Assembly (NCBI GenBank): GCA_950097015.1
Contig: CATNEN010000008.1
Span: forward strand, 2,418,001-2,482,000
Source: Macrostomum hystrix
Taxonomy: Eukaryota > Animalia > Platyhelminthes
Direction: 5' to 3'
DNA: 64,000 bases
A program made the translations under genes and the position numbers. Positions 22,963 through 35,536 of the stretch are shown piece by piece; the stretch's first letter is position 1, and each line of letters starts with the position of its first letter. Under the pieces are notes generated by a model. That model saw nothing but the letters and a program-made list of their open reading frames with translations, ran no database searches and had not been told where the DNA came from.

Positions 22963-23874
22963 AAACAGAGTCTTGGAAAAACCCAAAGATGAGAAAGCTG
23001 TGAAGAGAATAGGCCCAACTCACTCAGAAGTCTTCAGTTAGATTTTTATGATGCCAATTTATCAAAAAATAGTAATCAACACACTTTGATAGCCTGCGCT
23101 TTATATTATTATTGTTATTAATTTTTTGTAGTATTGGAGGCGTGCTAACGTTTATACATTTGTGTTTTGTACACAACACTAGAGCAGTAGCCTCTAAATT
23201 TGTTTTATTTTTATATTTTACTATCTTTTTAACTGTCACACATAGAAACCTATACATAGCCATAAGCCATATAGCCGAACAGCCATACAAAGCTATTAGA
23301 CTACATGGCATCAAAAAACAATGCCTGCAGCCTACTGTCAGCTGTGTGATGAGATGTAGACCTGGGCTATTTTAGGCAGGCAATTTATTAATATTAGGTC
23401 CATAGTCTGCTTAGCTATATAACTATCTTTTTTCCTGGTCTCTAATTCAGATCTACCATCTAATCACAGTAACTTGTAGGGAACAAATTTATATTAAAAA
23501 ACACAATGAATAAGAAACGATGAGTGATAGGTCCAGGCCTACAGTCTAGCGTGTAGACTGTTCAGGGCCTACTAAAAATTATAATGAACAATGTTCCTAC
23601 TTACAAGTAAACAAATTAACTCAAATTAGCTCCAAGAACTCCTTAAAACAATTTAGAAGCTACTGCTCTAGTGGTGTGTACAAAACACAAATGTACGAAC
23701 GGTAGCACATTCATAGGAACTACAAAAAAATATAAAGCGCAGGCTATCAAAGTGTGCTGATTACTATTTTTTGGTAAATTAGCTTCATCAAAAGCTAACG
23801 GAAGACTTCTGAGTGAGTTAGGCCTATTCTCTTCACAGCTTTCTCATTCTTTTGGTTTTTCTAAGACTCTGTTT
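22963..23874. mobile_element. Fold-back / MITE-like element with about 250-bp inverted arms
   Basis: 22963-23210 is the reverse complement of about 23643-23874. The same terminus recurs at about 27755-27790. Confidence 0.7.
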
Positions 23875-23879
23875 GGACT

Positions 23880-26224
23880 GAAAGTGAAACTGAAAGCACT
23901 GCAGATCAAATGTTTTCAACAGCATCGATTCTTTTTCTGTCACAATTGCCGCAGCGATATCGATTCTCTCATAATTCGATAGGATAGTATTCGCTCTCTC
24001 CCAGTGGCCTAGTTCAGTGCAGTTTCCTCTTAGTTGACCTCCAATCGCGCCGGTTATGCCGCATGTGAAATAAAGCTCAATGTACTCGACTGGGAACACT
24101 TTAGGTTGATCCTGCTGACAGAGAATTATCAAATAAGTCTGCGTTTCCCTTCTGGTACAAATATTAATGTCTACTTCTCTTGCGAGAAACACAGCTTCAC
24201 GGCATTGTACCTGCACTGTGAGAGGATCTCCATTCGGGAGCCGCAGCTTATTCTTCTTCTTTGCCAGGGAAACTTTTTCGATGATCAGAGTCCACACCTG
24301 CGTGTCACTAGTCCCTGCTCGACATGAGACACAATTTGAGCAAATTTTGTGAGATCTTTTAAAACTCTGTTTGGTCAGATTTGTGCCAGGCGGTATCAAA
24401 TCATACTCATCTTGCCCAATAGCTGTTTGCAGTTGAAAGTGCAGAGTGACGGGCAGTACAGGAAGTACTTGAAAGTGTCCTCCGCTCAAATTTTCGGTAA
24501 ATATGGTGAACTCAGCTATTCCATTGTTGACGAAGTGGGGCACAAATCGGTGTGACTCCGGAAATTCAACCGTGCCATTGAACACATCCTGTCCTTCCAT
24601 ATTGGTTGCCACCAATTCAATGGTAAGAATATTACCCGAGTCCTTTTGCTCCAGCTGGCCTTGTTCATTCACTATCACATTTTGTAAGCCTGGATCAAAG
24701 TCGGAATCCAGTTTTATGTGACATTTCTTCTCACCAATTCAATTCATTTGACACTCTCCACCAGTTAAATGGCCATGAGGCGACCATCCTGTTCTCAACG
24801 AAACTCCACGCAGAGTGACGTCAGCTTGGACCACAAAGTGCAGCACGGCCTTCGTTTCACGGCGACCGGAAGCCCGTGGCTGCTCTTGCTGCTGCTGCTG
24901 AAATGATTGAATTTCGATGCCTTTTACTTCTATAATTCGTATTTAAGAAACAAATCTTGATCCTAAAGAACTTGCCAAGAAGGAGGGAACAGAAGTTAGT
25001 CGTTGTGCCTATGCTGGGGCGGTCTTGAGTGAAGCATTATTAGTTGATGGAATGGGTAAAGCAGCACGGCCTGCATGTCTGCAACTTACTTTACTTTGGA
25101 CTGTGGTTTAAATTTGAATATAGGAACTAAAAAAATCCTACGCCACTAATGTTTAGGAGGAATAGTGAAAAGAAGTAAAAGAACAGTGCCATATACTGTG
25201 CGTACTGTTTAATTTTTTAAAACAAAAAATCTTTAAAGCTTTCTTTTTTTAAATTCAGCATTGAGACAGTTTGGATTAGATAGCGAACGCAGCCACCAGA
25301 ATATAAATAAACGAAATACTCGGCGTAAAGCGTCTTGACACTTCAGCTCCACTTCATAACATTTGATAGGCGTTTGAGAGAAGGTGTCATTAAAAATACG
25401 AGTACAAATACAATAAGGGTTACACAGAAATTAGTGTTACTTTATAGGAAAACTATTCTGTGATTATTGAGAAAAATATGAAATGGTCCTTTTTTATTTT
25501 TAGTTACAATTTGAAATCCGATACTCTAGCACAAGCAAAATTCTAACTTCAACTTCTCTCCTTCGTCCTCGGGGTCGCTCACCAGCTCCCTCAGGCAGCT
25601 CCACACGGCCATCATGAAGCAGAACCAGGCCTCCGCAGCTGGGCATCGGTCCTGAGCTTCCTCACTCCGCTGCAGAGCCTCCAGTCGAGCATGAATAATT
25701 TTGACTGAGCTTTTTAGTAGAGCCTTTAGATCCGACTCACTCAGATTCCATCTGCGGTCTGCGACACTGTTCGCCAGTTCTGTCAGCTCGTCTGAGAACT
25801 TAACGCTACTGAGATTGCCGTCCTGAAGCTTCTTGACGCATTCGAAAACCTCGGATTCCTGACAGTCTGTCAGATCTCGCTCTCTCAGTTTGCTTAGAAC
25901 AGAGGATTCTTCTGATTCCCATTCTGATTTGCTTAGGGACTGTTTCGCTGCTGACGCCCTTGGCACCAGCCATCTGGCGAAGATGGTTCTTACACTGCAG
26001 TGGCTGGTCAAGCTGACAGGCAGGTTGCGAATGCAGCACAGGGAATACGTTAGATCTGTCAGCACTGTTGCTTCACAATAGTTTGGATTTGTCCTGCCCA
26101 GTTTCAAGGCTTTTTCAGTCTTCTTCGGTTGAATATCTTCTGAAATTGACTTCACTGTTTTTATTGCTACGTTGCTCTTTTGCTTTTGCAAATTGATCGA
26201 GTTTAACATCATCGTCTCAGACAT
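23880..26224 (-). pseudogene. Truncated copy of the unidentified gene at 31813-35112
   Basis: Exon 1 is 26224-25583 and exon 2 starts at 24897. An in-frame TGA at 24739-24741 replaces TTA in the other copy. Homology breaks at about 23887, next to the fold-back element. Confidence 0.8.
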
Positions 26225-27420
26225 TCGAGCTTTGAATTTCAGTAGCTATTGAATTTTGTGAGTCTCTCTGAAGTACATATAAAGTATTAATTAAGATTAT
26301 TGCATATTAAGTGCGAGATACTTAAAGTCTTTAAAGTATAAATAAAATATAGGCTCTTTTAACAGTAGAAAGACCACAGTAGGTATTTAAATACCCATAT
26401 ATTTCTTTTTCTGCATCTTCCAAAATATTCAACCAATTGCCATTAAAATTCTGATGACAAGCTGAAATTTTCTACTCAATCTGTTGAAACAACTTACAAA
26501 ATCAAAAGTCGGCATTGTCAAGACATTCAATGATTCTCATCAGGTGTCTGGTGGCAAAAAGCACTAAAATAGGCATAATTCTTCTGCTCACAAAATTTCA
26601 TCATGTAACCATGTTGGCTATCACATTTAACTATTTCGAGTTGATGTATGAGTGTAATTGTTAATTTTTTAACCAAAATGGTTTTGCAATAGAAGTTTAT
26701 ACAGAATGATGTTACTTGTTCTTGTCACCAGGGTCTTTGACAAGAATCGCTGAAATTGCAACAATGCTGACTCGGATGGCTTTGGAAGTTAGTTCATTGT
26801 AAAAGGTGGAAAATGTATATATATGGTGGACTTTCATGAAAAATTGTTCATTTGGTTTTTGGAGCTATCGTGAAGTAGGAAGTGGGTATTTGAAATACCA
26901 CCATGGTCTTTCCAAAGGGAGGAAAACAAGCATGTTCTTAGTAGTGTTTATAAAAAACACTTATGTTTGTATTTTAGCAAGATTTTTTATAACGTGGAGC
27001 ACATTCCTAACTTTTGGTGTCTTGTCTAAATAGTCTCAATTCAATGTATAAAAGCTTGTTAAGCTATCAGGTGATCCTTGGGTAATTCTGTCTTCTTGAT
27101 TCTTTCTACTAGTTTCTTGCTTCTGTTCTCAAAGCTTACATTTATGGTAAAACTAAGCAACTAATTTCCTCCAAGTTTTACTGGTTTTGCATGCGATTTT
27201 TATTTCAAAGCCCAGCTTCTCTTGCCGCTTTCGATTAACAAAACTCCAGCTCCCATGATGGAAACAGGCTTTAGAAAAACTTAAAGCTTCTATGCGAAAG
27301 GCACTAAACAATGTCGCCTAGAAATCAGCATGGGAAGAAGCTGAATCAACAAAACAGTTTCAGTCAAAGTTTTCCATTGTCTGCTATTTTGCTATTCTGC
27401 TATTATGTATGTGAACTGTT
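23887..27420. other. Segmental duplication, copy 1 (paralog at about 32700-39020)
   Basis: Colinear high similarity of ORFs and flanks. Copy 2 carries extra insertions at about 35265-37550 and 37961-38492. Confidence 0.9.
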
Positions 27421-30400
27421 TTATGTGAACTACATGATACCCTAAACCAAGCAGATTTTAAAAATAAATTTAGATATAAATAACTAGCTACATATTGTAT
27501 AGGTCCTAATTATAAGATGAAACTAAACCATTGGCCTAGCTAACCAATTATTAAACATTTATATATTTACTAACTTATAAATAAAATAAAATGAGAAAAC
27601 TTATAATAGACATATAACATTAAGTAGCCTTATTAATTTAAAAGAACATGTTCTTGGAACATGAACATGTTCGGAGTTGCCTATTAGGCAACCGTCGCGT
27701 ATGTTCGATTACAGTTTCTTAGACCCTATCTCTGTCAACACGGGTGGCTTTCTCGTTCTTTTGGTTTTTTCTAAGACTCTGTTTTGAAACTGTTACTTTA
27801 TTTGCCCTTTCCCTCAAAATGGAGCGCTTATTAATTTAATTTATCTAGCTTATTAACTTATTACTGTGCGTATAGTACTTTATATTTTTACAGTATTTTT
27901 ATGTTAAACTTTGTTATAATGTATGATAATTCAATTAAATTATTTTTGCGTCTTTTTCGTGCGCTACTTTTAACGTCATCGCTAAAAAAAATATAAATAG
28001 TAAATACTTCCGTCCTTAATGATTCGCTCAGCAACAATATTATTTAAATTGTTCAATTGCCAATTCGGTTTAATTACCAAACACGTATTTGAACTCGTGC
28101 CACAAAGTGACATTTGTAATCATATTTTAAAGACTGTATTTAAAGGTTTAACGGCAACTTAATAAGTTTCTTATTAGTGTAGTGAAAGGTTAGCTCAATT
28201 AAATTCAACGGCTTAGAATATTATTTGTTCTATGAAACACAATTTTTTAACTTAAAAGATGACAAGAGCCTGTTGTTTTGACAAATTTCAACTCGAATTC
28301 GATAATCGAGCTGGGTAAATTTTAGAGCGAGTTAAGTAAGACACGCAGCCAGCGCCGCCCCGCCACAAATTCTATCGATTGACACTCCTTCTGCTTGACA
28401 GCCGACTCTCCGAAGAGAGCACGTGCTGACTTTAACAACATGCAGCAGGAGCCTATCAAGACCACCCTTGCCAGCGGCGCACTCTTAAGACGCGTAGCGC
28501 CGAAAGCTACCAAACTGAACAAGCGGAGTGTTGGTTGGGCGGGACGGAGCAAACAAGCTGGTCCTTATTTTCCTGCTTCTCATGGAGTGAGGCGAATGGC
28601 GAATATCGAAAGAAACCAGAACGATAAAAATTCGCGGCGAAATATACTTTCTTATATAAAGTAAAATAAACCCTAATTAGGTCGATCGGCAGAGTGGATG
28701 CCTGACTGTAGCCTGAGCCGAGGTGAAAAATCACAGTAGACTCGCGGCCGCTGTCCTGACCCCGGGTTGACTTCTTCTCTTCTCGCTAAGGTTAGACAGA
28801 TATGAGGCCGGGTCGCACGCTGATTGGCCGGGACCGGCCAGGTGTAAATCTCTACCGTTAGTTAACTGTTCTAAAAATAGACGGAACCCTCGCTATACTG
28901 ACGGAATAACAAAATATGCTACCATTACAACCTGTGTTTTGCAGTCGGGATGGGAACATAGACCAGCTATATGTTGCATTCTGGGGTGGGTAGCTAAGGG
29001 TAGAGAAGCTATGAAAGGTACATCATACAGGCAGAATAAAAGTACACACAGTACAAATTATCTTTGGAGGATGACAAATCCGACAGCAACATTGAATTTT
29101 TATTTTGAAATTACCGAGCCGCATTCAAGCAACCACACCCACTCAGTATACAAATTGAAGAATAAGTATAACTAATAAGTAATTAGTTTTCAGCGGGAAG
29201 CCGTGTTGTGGCACAATCTCAATCAACTCCTTATCAGTCGCCCGTTGTGAGAGCTCGTTATACATTAGAACTATTAAAAATAAACTTTTATGATGCCCAA
29301 CTCACAACAACGCACATCTACAACAACAAAAATGCACAATTCACACTGGCAGGCATTCGACAAATCGATATTTGCGCGCCTGCATGGTCAGCAGCACCAC
29401 CTGCACAATTAAGCTGCTGGCAGTACATACACTTTGGCGCGGATAAGGTATAGCCTTGCAGCCAGCTGAAGTCGCTGGCAGTGCAGCAACTCACTTGGAC
29501 GGGCCAGGCCGTCGCAGCTCTGGCTACCGCAGCTCTGCACCGGGCAGCCTGCAGCCGGGCTGACATACCTACAGTAGTGGCACCTCAGTGGCCCTTTGGC
29601 ACACGAAGCTAGCGCCCCAAGACCGCGCTGCAACGCAAAGGAGAGCATCGAGTCGGCTATGCAGGCGAGCAAGAGAATGGCACTTTTGCTCGGCAAATGG
29701 GAATTGGGAGTCGACTGTGATTCCCAGGACCTGTCTCACGCTTGCAGGAGATGTTCTGGTAGTGGTGTGAGGTCGCAGCGAGCCAGCGTGCGCAGCGTCG
29801 ACTAGACTTTCAAGTGTTTCTGTCAGCGCGTCGCCTCGGCCACTGCAATAAACAAAACCGCCCTACTAAATTTTGCCATGCTCATATTTATCAGGCTTTT
29901 GCCTTGCCAAATGTTTATCGCGTATTCATCGGCAAAGCATTCCGAATCACTGGTCCAGTAAGATCAACTCGATCAGAAGTTGGGGCGGGGCGCTACTCGG
30001 TGCGGTAGCAAGTAAATCAAAAATGTCAAATTTCAAGCATTTCAAATTAATCTAAAATTATGGTTATACTATTACAATGTTATTTTTTAGTCAACAGGAC
30101 GGAGGCGGAAGGCAGGAAGTGGCACGAACGGCGAGTAGCGGGCGAAAGGAGCCCAAGCAGGCGAAAGGCTATTGTGTATTTTCGATAGCTATTTTTGCGA
30201 CAAAGATTGTAAAACACAGATGAACACGTAAAAGAGCGGGTTATAAAAGCAAGAAAATTTTTTCTCTCGAGCAAAGGGCAGAGCGCGCCACATGAAGCCC
30301 GCCCGCGCACGCGCTAAAAAGGCCGGCCGCCAGCCACCACCCCAAACACGCACCCCACCCCGGCACAAAGCACAGGCACACACGGGGGCCGCCCTGTCAA

Positions 30401-30669
30401 TTAGACACGATTACGGTGCACCGAAAGTACACCAGCACCGAAATCTCAAGCTGAACAAAAAGAGATCACTATTTCAGATGTTTTACTGCATACTGGGTAG
30501 TGTCTTTCGTCTGCCCTCCAATAATAATATAATATAAGAATAATAATAATAATACTAAAAATATGGCTATCGCCTCAGTCATAATTAGGGTTGTAAGGGA
30601 ACGTACGAGGTGTGAGCTAATTTAAATAACGATTTCGATCTCTGAAAAACCGAAATGTACCTTTTTGTA

Positions 30670-31020
30670 ATGGATGACAGAGTGAGTGGCTGAGAGACTC
30701 ACTATCGCACAATGTCCCTAAGGTCGATTCCACGGCGAGGCCGCATTATTTTCGGGCGCAGCCGACGAGAGAAAGGTTCGGGGTTATCATGCAATTTACA
30801 CCCTTGAGGGCCTTGAACCTCTATGGCACAGTGAAAGTGTACACTGCCTGACGATGAGAAAGTCAATGCAGATGTACACACCTGTGTTGCAGTTGTCTGC
30901 AAATGCAATGCAGATGTCTGCGTTCGGTATTTGTATGCGTGTGTGCTCAGGAGTCAGCGAAATGGGCAGAATTGCCTCCTCGCTGGCCGCATGTCTAGTG
31001 TCAGCAAATAATGTGCCACC
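30670..31020 (+). mobile_element. tRNA-derived SINE, family C
   Basis: Shares its body (CGGCGAGGCC...AAAGTGTACACTGCCTGACGATGAGAAAGTC...GTCTAGTGTCA) with 39765-40030 and 50457-50765. Confidence 0.75.
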
Positions 31021-31812
31021 GTCCACAGCCATCCTGAAATTTTAGTTATTAACGAATTAACAATGAGTAATTCCTTTGATTTTCATAAAGCACAAAGTCG
31101 TATAAAAATATTTTGACTTAAACAACTTAAACAAAAGAGTGTTTGATTAGTGTCGATTTATTAAATTGCCATTGACCGAGTATCAAGACATAAAATCAAT
31201 GATAAAATGTAAATTTTATATTTTTGCTTGATTACAGGTATAAAATTTAAAAACCTACTCGTCACAAAATATATGAAGATATGCTAAGAATTGAAGGAAA
31301 ATATAACCAGGTAAGTTAAGCAGATAGAGATGTCTGTGCTTTGACGTAGGGTATAAAGAACAAGGTAAAAAATCTAATTAAAGTATACAAAAATTTACTA
31401 TTCTTTGAGTTTCTTCTAGCACACTTTTAGTAAAACGGATTTGTGGAATGGATAAAGGTGAGTAAAATGTGATATAAACTTTAAGGAAAGATGTGCTAAG
31501 ATACCAAACACAATTTATTTATAACTAAGCATAACGCACAGAACCAGAGGGACAGATCGCAGTTAATATAAAAAACCATTTGCTTTTAAAACCATAAAAT
31601 TATCTATGTGAAAACAAACAAGACTGAGTCACAATTAATGTCAGCACTAGGCAGTTGGCAGTTAGATTTCACCTAGCTCAGATAAGCAAATCCTGGCCAA
31701 TCCGGAGATGAATAAAATTTGTTAAAATTTATCAAGTTGTGTTTTAATATAAAGACGAAAAAGTTTCGAGCATTAAGTTTCATCACACCGCGTTTCATTA
31801 GATTATATTAGA

Positions 31813-34800
31813 TCAGACTGGCCACGTATAGAAGTGAGGAACACGTTTCTGATCTTCTCTAATCGCATCCTTAAATTTGATTCCATGCAATTCCTTTGCA
31901 CCTTTCAACCACAGAGCACAAACGATCTTGAACCAGGACAACGCGGCCGTCATGTGCTGATCCCAATTCCGTTGCCAGCCCTTGCCACGAGGACTCAATA
32001 CGAGGGCCTCGGTTCTGCCTCGAACAATGGCAGCAGCGTGACGGAGAATCAGCAATTGGTCTAACACTACATATTTTCTGGAGTCATCATGGAGCTTAAT
32101 ATCGGAAGCCAGTTGTTGCAACACCGATCTGTACTTCTCAGTCGTGAAACTGTTTGTGCAGATGCTTTCAAGTTCATCTCGTTTCGAAGTCTCCATTGCT
32201 GGGTTCCACCCAAGAAGCATTTGAATGACAATGTTCTGTCTCGAGTGGTACTTTTTGCTGAGTCGCTTTAGCACGATTCTTCTTCCACAAAAGCTTTCAG
32301 GTGGAAGCCGCACCTGTCTGAGCTTGAGATAAGTCAATCCACTTTTGGGCTTCCTTGTGGCATCGTTAGGCTCTTCTCCGGGAAGATCTTCGTCCCAGAT
32401 GTCGTGACTTTCTTGGGGATCGAAGTCATCCTTAAGCTCGCCGATCCGATTTAACTGAGGAACGAGAGATTTGAGGGCCAGGCTGTTTAGCTTCTGGTTG
32501 CTGCCTTGCTGGATTTCGGTAAATTTTTCCAGCATTGCATTCACAACTAGGTCTATCGAAGGCCTAGGTTGAGGATTTTTTTACTTATATCGACTTCGAA
32601 CACAGAGAACTGCTGCTCAGGTACATTAAGTCGACTTATGGAAAAATTTATCTGCCTAAAACTTGTCGCCGATTGATTCTGAATCCAAATCAGAGCTTCA
32701 AACTGAAAGTACTGCAGATCAAATGTTTTCAACAGCATCGATTCTTCTTCTGTCACAATTGCCGCAGCGATATCGATTCTCTCATAATTCGATAGGATAG
32801 TCTTCGCTCTCTCCCAGTGGCCTAGTTCAGTGCAGTTTCCTCTTAGTTGACCTCCAATCGCGCCGGTTATGCCGCATGTGAAATAAAGCTCAATGTACTC
32901 GACTGGGAACGCTTTAGGTTGATCCTGCTGACAGAGAATTATCAAATAAGTCTGGGTTTCCCTTCTGGTACAAATATTAATGTCTCCTGCGAGAAACACA
33001 GCTTCACGGCATTGTACCTGCACTGTGAGAGGATCTCCATTCGGGAGCCGCAGATTATTATTCTTCTTAGCCAGGGAAACTTTTTCGATGATCAGAGTCC
33101 ACACCTGCGTGTCACTAGTCCCTGCTCGACATGAGACACACTTTGAGCAAATTTTGTGAGATCTTTTAAAACTCTGTTTGGTCAGATTTGTGCAAGGCGG
33201 TATCAAATCATACTCATCTTGCCCAATAGCTGTTTGCAGTTGAAAGTGCAGAGTGACGGGCAGTACAGGAAGTACTTGAAAGTGTCCTCCGCTCAAATTT
33301 TCGGTAAATATGGTGAACTCAGCTATTCCATTGTTGACGAAGTGGGGCACAAATCGGTGTGGCTCCGGAAATTCAACCGTGCCATTGAACACATCCTGTC
33401 CTTCCATATTGGTTGCCACCAATTCAATGGTAAGAATATTACCCGAGTCCTTTTGCTCCAGCTGGCCTTGTTCATTCACTATCACATTTTGCAAGCCTGG
33501 ATCAAAGTCGGAATCCAGTTTTATGTGCCATTTCTTCTCACCAATTAAATTCATTTGGCACTCTCCACCAGTTGAATGGCCATGAGGCGACCATCCTGTT
33601 CTCAACGAAACTCCACGCAGAGTGACGTCAGCGTGGACCACAATGTGGAGCACGGCCTTCGTTTCACGGCGACCGGAAGCCCGTGGCTGCTCTTGCTGCT
33701 GCTGCTGAAATGATTGAATTTCGATGCCTTTTACTACTATAATTCGTATTTAAGAAACAAATCTTGATCCTAAAGAACTTGCCAAGAAGGATGGAACAGA
33801 AGTTATTCGTTGTGCCTATGCTGGGGCGGTCTTGAGTGAAGCATTATTAGTTGATGGAATGGGTAAAGCAGCACGGCCTGCATGTCTGCAGCTTACTTTA
33901 CTTTGGACTGTGGTTTAAATTCGAATAGGAACTAAAAAATCCTACGCCACTAATGTTTAGGAAAAGTGAAAAGAAGTAAAAGAACAGTGCCATATACTCG
34001 TACTGTGCGTACTGTTTAGTTTTTGAAAACGAATAAAAACTTGCGATCTCCTTGACCTTTAAAAATTATTAAAAGTCTTACCTGAAAACCTAGACAATTT
34101 AGATTAAATTGTGAACACAGCCAACAGAAAAAAAGCAAAAAATTGGCAAAAAACTTTTTGGCAAAAAGACTAAAAATGGCACATTCTATAAGGTTTGATA
34201 AGCGTTTGAGAGAAGTTGTCACAAAAAATAAAAAATACAAGGCACACAGAAGTACTTTTAATGTGCGAGTTGCTACATCATGTTTTGGCATTTGAAAGTT
34301 AATAAACGGCAAAAAGTATGGTAACTTTACCAGAAAAATTGTTTTTCGTGATATTGGTAAGGAAAAAACAGAAGCTGGTCCGTTGTCATTTTTTGTCGAT
34401 AGACAATTTGAAGCACTCTTTAGCGCAAACAAAACTCGTACTTCTCTCCTTCGTCCTCGGGGTCGCTCACCAGCTCCCTCAGGCAGCTCCACACGGCCAT
34501 CATGAAGCAGAACCAGGCCTCCGCAGCTGGGCATCGGTCCTGAGCTTCCTCACTCCGCTGCAGAGCCTCCAGTCGAGCACGAATAATTTTGACTGAGCTT
34601 TTTAGTAGAGCCTTTAGATCTGACTCACTCAGATTCCATCTGCGGTCTGCGACACTGTTCGCCAGTTCTGTCAGCTCGTCTGAGAACTCAACGCTACTGA
34701 GATTGCCGTCCTGAAGCTTCTTGACGCATTCGAAAACCTCGGATTCCTGACAGTCTGTCAGATCTCGCTCTCTCAGTTTGTTTAGAACAGAGGATTCTTC

Positions 34801-35112
34801 TAATTCCCATTCTGATTTGCTTAGAGACTGTTTCGCTGCTGACGCCCTTGGCACCAGCCATCTGTCGAAGATGGTTCTTACACTGCAGTGGCTGGTCAAG
34901 CTGACAGGCAGGTTGCGAATGCAGCACAGGGAATACGTTAGATCTGTCAGCACCATTGCTTCACAATAGTTTGGATTTGTCCTGCCCAGTTTCAAGGCTT
35001 TTTCAGTCTTCTTCGGTTGAATATCTTCTGAAATTGACTTCCCTGTTTTCATTGCTACGTTGCTCTTTTGCTTTTGCAAATCGATCGGTTTTAACATCGT
35101 CCTCTCAGACAT
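31813..35112 (-). CDS. Unidentified protein: helical N-terminal region, beta-rich region with a CBM20-like motif, and a C-terminal ORF separated by a frame break
   Basis: Exon 1 35112-34471 (donor CTG|gtgagc, conserved in both copies) joins exon 2 33704-32553 in phase 0. A further 243-aa ORF (32544-31813) is open from 32580 and offset by one base at an A7 run. Confidence 0.6.
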
Positions 35113-35536
35113 TCGAGCTTTGACTTTCAGTAGCTATTGAATTTTGTGAGTCTGTCTGAAGTATAAAGAATTAATTAAGATTATTGCATTTTAAGTGCGA
35201 GGTACTTAAAGTCTTTAAAGTAAAAACAAAAATAGAGGCTCTTTTAATAGTAGAAAGACCACAAAAGACCAGGGATAAGGGGATATATCCCCCATTTTGC
35301 TGACCGAACCAGATTTCTTTGGGGGGGGGAATAGCAGAAATGCAGAAACGCAGCAGCTGTGTGTGGTTTTATTGTTTAGTGTGTATAGTTGTGTTTTGTG
35401 ATTTGCGTGGTCAATTAAAATAAATGTGGTCTGACTGGAACACGGTATGTATATATGTATATAGTAAGAGTACAACGTACGAGAAAGACAGTATTGGCTT
35501 GCCGGGCTATATGTTTATAACAAACTAACAGAGTGT

